Positions 58,065 through 64,000 of a DNA stretch of 64,000 nucleotides are shown here, piece after piece (within the stretch, counting starts at the first letter, position 1; each line of letters begins with the position of its first letter). A model generated the notes under the pieces. The model had not been told where the DNA came from and made no database searches. It saw nothing but the letters and a program-made list of their open reading frames with translations. The position numbers were made by a program, and so were the translations under genes. Source of the stretch: a bacterium (GTDB lineage: Bacteria; Desulfobacterota; DSWW01); contig JBFLZG010000111.1 of assembly GCA_040756235.1 (NCBI GenBank), positions 35,508 to 99,507 on the forward strand, read 5' to 3'.

Positions 58065-61000
58065 GGGACGAACGCCTCCGCAATCATGGTTGCTGCCGGC
58101 GTCTCTGGACACTCTCGAGAGACGCCGGGCCGCACGTAGTCGCGGTGGGCCAGCAGGTCGCTCCGGCCCACCAGCTCCCGGACGCTCCTCAACCCGAGGC
58201 GGCTGAGGATCTCCTGAAGCTGCAGGTACCAGGAATGAAACAGGTTCACGAGCCTCTGGGCCCCCCAGTCCGGACCGTAGAGGGCGGCGAGCTCCGGGTC
58301 GGTCGTGGCGATGCCGCGCGGGCAGCCGCGTCCGCTCTCGCAGTTGGCGCACCGGAGGCACTCGAGCGCCACCAGCTCGGCGGTGCCGATCACGACGCCG
58401 TCCGCGCCCAGGGCGATCGCCTTGGCCACGTCCCAGGCCGTGCGCAGGCCTCCGGAGGCGATCAGGGTCATCTGGTCCCGCACGCCCTCCTCCACCAGGA
58501 AGCGGTGCACCTTGGGGATCGCGTACTCGATCGGCATGGCGATGTTCTTCTTGGCGATGTCCGGGGCGGCCCCGGTCCCCCCATAGCTCCCGTCCAGGTG
58601 AATGATGTGGGCGCCAGCGTAATAGCTCCCGATGGCCACCATCTCCACGTCGCTCGGCGTGGAAACCTTGACCGACACGAGCGCCCTGGGGTTGATCATC
58701 TTGATCCAGTCCACGTGCTTCTTGTGGTCCTCCACCGAGTACACCGAGTGGAAGGGGAAAGGAGAGAACAGGGCGGTGCCCGCCACGGCTTCCCGCTTCT
58801 TTGCCACGGCCGGGGTGACCTTGTCGCCCAGCAGATGGCCCCCGAGCCCGGGCTTGGCGCCCTGAGCGTACTTGAACTCGACGATCCGCACGCGCTGGAT
58901 CGTCTCCTCCCGGACCCCGAACAGCCCGGTGGCCACCTGCGTGATGACGTGGTCGTCATAGCGGGTGAGCCCTTCGGGGTACCCGCCCTCCCCCGTGCAA
59001 GTGAAGGAGTCGAACCGCTCGTAGGCCTTGGCCCGGGCGAGCATCGTGGCCAGGCTGATCGACCCGAAGCTCATGCCGCCCCCGTAGATCGGAAATCCGA
59101 TCTCGATCCTGGGCCGTTCGTCTCCGCGGCGGTTGAGCGGGATGCGCAGGTCGACTTCCTCGGGCCGCGGCGAGCTGCCGCATGGAGGACGGTCCGGGAA
59201 GACGAAATCGATCCGATCGAATCCGCCGCCCGAGGCTCCTGACCGGTACTCCAGCCCGGAGTCCGCGGGGGGCATGCCGGTCTCCGCCTGTCGCCAGGTG
59301 CTCACGATCAGGTCCGGGGTCCAGCGGTAGTCCCCGAAGGTTTCCCAGAGCGGGTTGAGGGCGATGCGAAGGGCGTGCTCAGGACAGTTTTCCGCACAGA
59401 ATGCCCCCTTGGCCCTGCAGACATCCGGCCCGGCGCACAGCGCGGACCGCGGCGCGAGCAGGCGCCCGTCGCGGGTCCGGAGGACCCCGTATCCGCAGAC
59501 CTCGGCACAACGGCCGCAGTGGCTGCAGGCCTTGGAGACGGCGACCAGGAACTTGTGGAGACGGTTGCGGAACCGCGACGGGCAGTGCCTGGCCGCGCCG
59601 GCCGCGAGCCCGGACTCCCGCGCTTGGTTCGGGGGTGCAGCACCCTTGCCGTTTCCGTTGTCGGCGCGGCTGGCAGGTACCGGCAGGAGCCCGGCGGAAC
59701 GCACCGCGCCGTCGATCCGCTGGCCGAAGACGGGGGCGAAGCATTCGCGCTCGAGGTCCTCAAAGAACATGGCTCGTCCGAGCTCTCCGCGGAGCCTGCG
59801 AACCTCCCGTATGCCCATGGCCCCCATCACCTCGATGAGCTGGGAGTGCCACGAGCCGAACAGGTTCACGATCCGCCGCGCGCCCCAGGCCTCCTCCACC
59901 TCATCCAGGCGCACGGGACATTCGAGCTGTTCACCGCAGTCCGGACAGAGCCGGCATTCGAGCGCGGCCAGCAGGGCCAGGTCGACGCCCGCGCCGTCAA
60001 CCCCGCAGAGGATGATCTTGGCCAGGTGCTCGGCCATGGCGATGCCGCCCGAGGCGAGCAGGGTCACCTGCTCGCGGATCGAGCTCGCGATCAGCCCGAG
60101 GTGCACCCTATGGACGAGCTCGGTGAGGAAACTTTCCCGCTCCTCGCCCAGACCTCGCCCCTTGTCGCTCGCCTGGAGGTGAACGATCCCGACCTCGCCT
60201 GCAGCCAGCTCGGCGGCGCGCTCGACGGCGCGCTCGTCCAGGGGCAGCCGGACCGAGACGATGAGCTCCGGGCGGATGGCCCTGAGCGCGGCGACTTGCG
60301 CGAGCACCCTTTCCGAATCAGCCAGCTCCGCGATGGGCACCCCGGCCAGTCCGGCCGGATCGTCGCGCTCCGGATCGAAGCGCACGATGAGCCGGTCGCG
60401 GAACGGAGCGAGCGGTCCCTGCGCTTCCCGGAAGGTGGCCACGGCGACCGTCCCGAGCCGGGCCGCCGCGCGCGCCATGGCCTTGCGCGTGCCGTCTGCG
60501 AGAAAGCCGAAAGGGGGAATGTCCAGAACGACCGGGATCGAAACCTCGAGGAAATCGGGGGGGGCGGCCAGCAGCCTTCCCTGCTCGTCGAAAAGAAGGC
60601 GCGCGGGCTTGCGGCCCAGCTCGATGACCGTGCTGATGTACTCGCGGCCGTGAATGCCGTCCCGGGTGGGCCGCACGATCTCCGACATGTCGGTCCACAT
60701 CCGGTCGAAGCCGGGCCCGCAGAAGGGCCCGCGGTAGCCGGCGCCCGAGACCGGGATCTTCCCGTTCTCGGCCTGCTTCCAGATGCGCGAGACGATATCA
60801 GGGGTCCAGTAGTCGTTGCCCAGCCGGGCAAAGCGGGGATTTACGGCGCGGGACAGGATGGCGTTCTTGCATTCCTGCACGCATCGCATGCAGCCCACGC
60901 AAGAGGTGTCGCCGGTGTCCTGGACCTGGGCAGGGTCGAAAGCCCGCTTCCGATAGACGCCGTAAACGCAAGAGGTGGTCTTGATGCAGCGCACGCACCC

Positions 61001-61093
61001 GAGGCACCGGGCGGTCTCGAAGGAGCTGTGCTTCGAGACAGGGGAGAACCTCGGCGGGGCCGGTTCCACTTCCACATGATACTTTTTCGGCAT
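58061..61093 (-). CDS. glutamate synthase FMN subunit with two tandem ferredoxin+FMN-barrel modules
   Basis: Second module has GGMSFGS, TGEGG, EFKYAQGAKPGLGG, DGSYGGTGAA, CLRCANC...CPRG; first module is degenerate. Confidence 0.88.
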   Translation of the reverse strand: MPKKYHVEVEPAPPRFSPVSKHSSFETARCLGCVRCIKTTSCVYGVYRKRAFDPAQVQDTGDTSCVGCMRCVQECKNAILSRAVNPRFARLGNDYWTPDIVSRIWKQAENGKIPVSGAGYRGPFCGPGFDRMWTDMSEIVRPTRDGIHGREYISTVIELGRKPARLLFDEQGRLLAAPPDFLEVSIPVVLDIPPFGFLADGTRKAMARAAARLGTVAVATFREAQGPLAPFRDRLIVRFDPERDDPAGLAGVPIAELADSERVLAQVAALRAIRPELIVSVRLPLDERAVERAAELAAGEVGIVHLQASDKGRGLGEERESFLTELVHRVHLGLIASSIREQVTLLASGGIAMAEHLAKIILCGVDGAGVDLALLAALECRLCPDCGEQLECPVRLDEVEEAWGARRIVNLFGSWHSQLIEVMGAMGIREVRRLRGELGRAMFFEDLERECFAPVFGQRIDGAVRSAGLLPVPASRADNGNGKGAAPPNQARESGLAAGAARHCPSRFRNRLHKFLVAVSKACSHCGRCAEVCGYGVLRTRDGRLLAPRSALCAGPDVCRAKGAFCAENCPEHALRIALNPLWETFGDYRWTPDLIVSTWRQAETGMPPADSGLEYRSGASGGGFDRIDFVFPDRPPCGSSPRPEEVDLRIPLNRRGDERPRIEIGFPIYGGGMSFGSISLATMLARAKAYERFDSFTCTGEGGYPEGLTRYDDHVITQVATGLFGVREETIQRVRIVEFKYAQGAKPGLGGHLLGDKVTPAVAKKREAVAGTALFSPFPFHSVYSVEDHKKHVDWIKMINPRALVSVKVSTPSDVEMVAIGSYYAGAHIIHLDGSYGGTGAAPDIAKKNIAMPIEYAIPKVHRFLVEEGVRDQMTLIASGGLRTAWDVAKAIALGADGVVIGTAELVALECLRCANCESGRGCPRGIATTDPELAALYGPDWGAQRLVNLFHSWYLQLQEILSRLGLRSVRELVGRSDLLAHRDYVRPGVSRECPETPAATMIAEAFVP

Positions 61094-61323
61094 GCTTTCA
61101 TACTCGATACCGTCCGTCGCATGCCTTCTCCCCTTCGAGAAGCTGTGTCCGCGCGCAGCGGCTGCGCCGCGCGGGTCCTTTGCGGTTGAGGGCGCACTCC
61201 GCTGTACGCCCCATCCCATGCAGATCTGTTCGGCCGAACCGGATGCAGAGTTAAATCTTCTCTTCGACGCTGTCCGTTGCGCCGTTCTCCTGCATCCTGG
61301 AGGCGGTTTTTCGTGGCCCCTTC

Positions 61324-61450
61324 AGAGGCTGTCGATAAACGCCCATCTGCGGCGTTGCGCTCATCCTTCGTCACTGCGGCGTACTTCCCTGTACGCCTCA
61401 TTCCTCAGGATTTCGCGCGCCTTGCATCTGGGCATTTCTCACCAGCCTCT
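61324..61450 (-). mobile_element. MITE-like repeat family A, copy 5 (reverse orientation)
   Basis: AGAGGCTG...CAGCCTCT termini; overlaps the 3' end of the mvhD-like ORF. Confidence 0.75.
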
Positions 61451-61904
61451 CCGCAGGGTGTTTTTCGACACCCTTCCTCATGGGATTGGGGCCCAGGGCA
61501 CGCACGCGCTCGGCGCACCCCATGGCCTCCTCCATCAGATCCCCGACCGACAGATCCGTTCCCCTGACCATGGCCACCCGTTCGACCCCGAAGTCGATCT
61601 CGCCCAGGAGATCCCGGACGTAGACGACCCGTTTCTCGGCCCGGGTGCTGCCCACCAGGAACTTGCACGCGGTGTCGGCGCACCCCACGACCTGAATGCC
61701 GTCGGCTCCCTGCTCGAGCAGCTTGACGAGCTGCTGCACTTCGATCTTGCTGGAGCACGGCATCACGAGGAACCGCACCTTGCAGCCCGGAAGGCTCCTG
61801 AAGGAATCGGCGAGATTCACGTCCCGGCCCACGCAGCTCTGGCAGTAGAGCACGAGGATCTCGGGTTGGAATGCCCCGTTTCCGTTGTCTCGATCCACGC
61901 TCAC
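61398..61904 (-). CDS. MvhD-like 2Fe-2S subunit
   Basis: ILVLYCQSC, MPCSSKI, GADGIQVVGC...CKF, ERV, LGPNP. Confidence 0.85.
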   Translation of the reverse strand: MSVDRDNGNGAFQPEILVLYCQSCVGRDVNLADSFRSLPGCKVRFLVMPCSSKIEVQQLVKLLEQGADGIQVVGCADTACKFLVGSTRAEKRVVYVRDLLGEIDFGVERVAMVRGTDLSVGDLMEEAMGCAERVRALGPNPMRKGVEKHPAERLVRNAQMQGARNPEE

Positions 61905-61951
61905 CGAACCATCCCCTCTCAGTCAAGCCGCTCGCTGCCGCGACGCGCGCG

Positions 61952-63283
61952 TCACAGCATGGGCAGGTAACGCTCGATCTCGTATGAGTTCACCTGAATG
62001 CGATAGGTGTCCCATTCGATCTTCTTGTTCTCGATGAACTTGCTGAAGATGTGATCTCCCAGCGTCTTCCGCACCAGCTCACTTCGTTCGCACTCGCTGA
62101 CCGCCTCGAAGAGGTTGCCGGGAAGGGACTGGATCCCCCTTTCGGCGCGCTCGGCCGCGCTCATGTGGAAGATGTCCTCCTCGACCGGATCCGACAGCGG
62201 ATACTGCCTGTCCATCCCTTCCAGGCCTGCGGCCAGCATCACGGAGAATGCGAGATAAGGGTTGCAGGCAGGGTCCGGGGCACGGAACTCGATCCTCGTC
62301 GCTTTTTCCTTGCCCGGCTTGTACATGGGCACGCGGACCATGGTCGAACGGTTGCGGCGCGCCCAGGAGATGTAAACCGGCGCCTCGTAGCCCGGCACCA
62401 GCCTCTTGTAGGAGTTGACCCACTGGTTCGTGACCGCCGTGATCTCGCGGGCGTGGTGGAGGAGGCCGGCGATGAAGCTCTTGGCCTCTCTGGAAAGATG
62501 ATAAGGGTCCGAGCCGTCAAAGAACACGTTCCGGTCTCCCTTGAACAGCGATTGGTGCGTGTGCATGCCGCTGCCGTTCTGTCCGAACAGGGGCTTGGGC
62601 ATGAAGGTCGCGTAAGAGCCGTTCTGGCGGGCCACCTCCTTGACGGTGATCCGGTAGGTCTGGGTCTTGTCCGCCATGCGCAGGGCTTCGTCGTAGCGCA
62701 GGTCGATCTCGTGCTGGCTGGGAGCGACCTCGTGGTGGCTGTACTCCACCTGGATGCCCAGCGTCTGCAGGGCGAAGATCGTGCTCCTCCTCAGGTCGTT
62801 GGCCCGGTCCAGGGGGGTCACGTCGAAGTATCCGCCCTGGTCGAGGATCTCGGGGGCGCGGTCGCTCTGGAAGTAGAAGTATTCGAGCTCGGGCCCGACG
62901 TAATAGGTGTACCCCCGCTCTGCGGTCCTCTTGAGCATGCGCTTCAGCACGTAGCGGGGGTCCCCGTCGTAGGGCTTTCCGTCCGGGTTGAGGATATCGC
63001 AAAACATACGGCCGCTGGGCTGGTCCTGAGGCCGCCAGGGAAGGAGCTGGAAGGTGGTCGGGTCCGGTATGGCCACCATGTCGCTCTCCTCGATCCGGGC
63101 AAAGCCCTGGATGGAAGAGCCGTCGAAGCCCATCCCCTCGGTGAAGGCGAGCTCCAGCTCCTCGGGGGTGATCGCGAAACTCTTCAGCTGCCCGAGGACA
63201 TCCGTGAACCAGAACTGGATGAATGCCACCTTGCGGTCTCGGACGATCCGCAAGACGTCCTCGGCCCTACGGCAGTCGAGCAT
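61952..63283 (-). CDS. glnA: glutamine synthetase type I
   Basis: FDGSSI, HHEVAPSQHE, FMPKP...NGSGMH, KRLVPGYEAP, RIEFRAPD. Confidence 0.96.
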   Translation of the reverse strand: MLDCRRAEDVLRIVRDRKVAFIQFWFTDVLGQLKSFAITPEELELAFTEGMGFDGSSIQGFARIEESDMVAIPDPTTFQLLPWRPQDQPSGRMFCDILNPDGKPYDGDPRYVLKRMLKRTAERGYTYYVGPELEYFYFQSDRAPEILDQGGYFDVTPLDRANDLRRSTIFALQTLGIQVEYSHHEVAPSQHEIDLRYDEALRMADKTQTYRITVKEVARQNGSYATFMPKPLFGQNGSGMHTHQSLFKGDRNVFFDGSDPYHLSREAKSFIAGLLHHAREITAVTNQWVNSYKRLVPGYEAPVYISWARRNRSTMVRVPMYKPGKEKATRIEFRAPDPACNPYLAFSVMLAAGLEGMDRQYPLSDPVEEDIFHMSAAERAERGIQSLPGNLFEAVSECERSELVRKTLGDHIFSKFIENKKIEWDTYRIQVNSYEIERYLPML

Positions 63284-63369
63284 GGCATTCTCCCTCTTGT
63301 CCGACTCTGTTTCGCGATAGATCCCGCGGTGTGCTACGCTGCAGGTGGGAAAACCCTTGCGTCCAATTA

Positions 63370-63398
63370 ATTCTATTGCATCACCGGTACGACTGCAA
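63370..63398 (-). promoter_or_regulatory. sigma-70 promoter of the glnA operon
   Basis: TTGCAG-N17-TAGAAT. Confidence 0.6.
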
Positions 63399-63455
63399 GC
63401 GGCGTCACGGGCGAGTCACCCCGGGGCCGCTGCGCGGCCGAGGGACATGCATGAG

Positions 63456-63908
63456 ATGAGCCCTTCACGCTCCCCTTGCTTCGCTCTGTACCGCGTGTCT
63501 GCGGCACGTCCTTCACGGCGGGGACGCGCGTGGCTCGCCACTGCGATCGCGCTTCTTCTGTCCGCCCTCGGATGCCGGCCCGGCGGGGCCTCGCCCCGGG
63601 CGGGCGGCGCCTGCGATTACGCGGACGTCCCCGGCACCTGTCGGATCGAGAGCATCGAGCCGTCTGGGCCGAACGCCTACGGTGACGGATACCGGACCCT
63701 GTTCGGCTTCGTTCCTGATTCAGACGGCGAGAAGGCCCTCTCCCGCCTCCCCCTCCGGATCGGGGACGGCCAGGACCCGCCCCAGAGCTATCTGGAAGCC
63801 AACCGCATCGCCGTGGGCCGGGAGCTCCGCTGCATCCGCAGGGTGCTGACCAAGGGCACCTGCACCCCCCAGGTGTTCGTGTTCCCGGAGCTTAAGTCCG
63901 CGTTCTAA
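63456..63908 (+). CDS. hypothetical lipoprotein
   Basis: Lipobox LLSALGC, four further Cys; start uncertain (63447 or 63456). Confidence 0.6.
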   Translation: MSPSRSPCFALYRVSAARPSRRGRAWLATAIALLLSALGCRPGGASPRAGGACDYADVPGTCRIESIEPSGPNAYGDGYRTLFGFVPDSDGEKALSRLPLRIGDGQDPPQSYLEANRIAVGRELRCIRRVLTKGTCTPQVFVFPELKSAF

Positions 63909-63936
63909 TGCAAATGCAGTTGGTGGTGAGACCCGT

Positions 63937-63980
63937 TGTCACCCCTCACCTTGATCCTCTCCCCTCGGAGGGGAGAGGAA
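63937..63980. repeat. REP-like family C copy
   Basis: Matches 5740-5770 and closes a hairpin with GAGGGGAGAGGA. Confidence 0.7.
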
Positions 63981-64000
63981 AGAGGCGACCGAGCAGTCCC

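Overview
High-GC bacterial chromosomal segment. Gene content (MvhD, HydB/NuoF-like module, B12 mutase, sigma-54 activators, DUF1302/DUF1329) suggests an anaerobic diderm of the deltaproteobacterial/Desulfobacterota type (inference). No rRNA, tRNA, CRISPR array or intact transposase was seen. There are four themes. (1) A dispersed nitrogen-assimilation system: amtB-glnK; a NifA-like activator; a stand-alone FMN glutamate-synthase-like gene whose leader holds a two-hairpin ANTAR-type RNA overlapping an intrinsic terminator; and an operon glnA-mvhD-[duplicated Fd/FMN GltB]-[GATase+GXGXG GltB]-[KaiC-like/XRE/cupin regulator]-[GAF-ANTAR]. An orphan NuoE/F/G-like electron-transfer module sits beside the stand-alone synthase. 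(2) Two catabolic clusters with no known substrate: 2x DUF2148-like + duplicated PCGSGG protein + PaaK-like ligase + OYE; and GntR-racemase-hydrolase-lyase-LeuCD-like-Mo oxidoreductase-OYE, downstream of a B12 acyl-CoA mutase with non-canonical active-site residues. (3) A decaying general-stress islet around ligD and pfpI. (4) Dense intergenic repeats (a MITE-like family with variable cargo, several REP-like families) and five loci of gene remnants cut down by deletion or truncation, several with apparent microhomology junctions. All family assignments come from motif recognition by eye; no database search was run.
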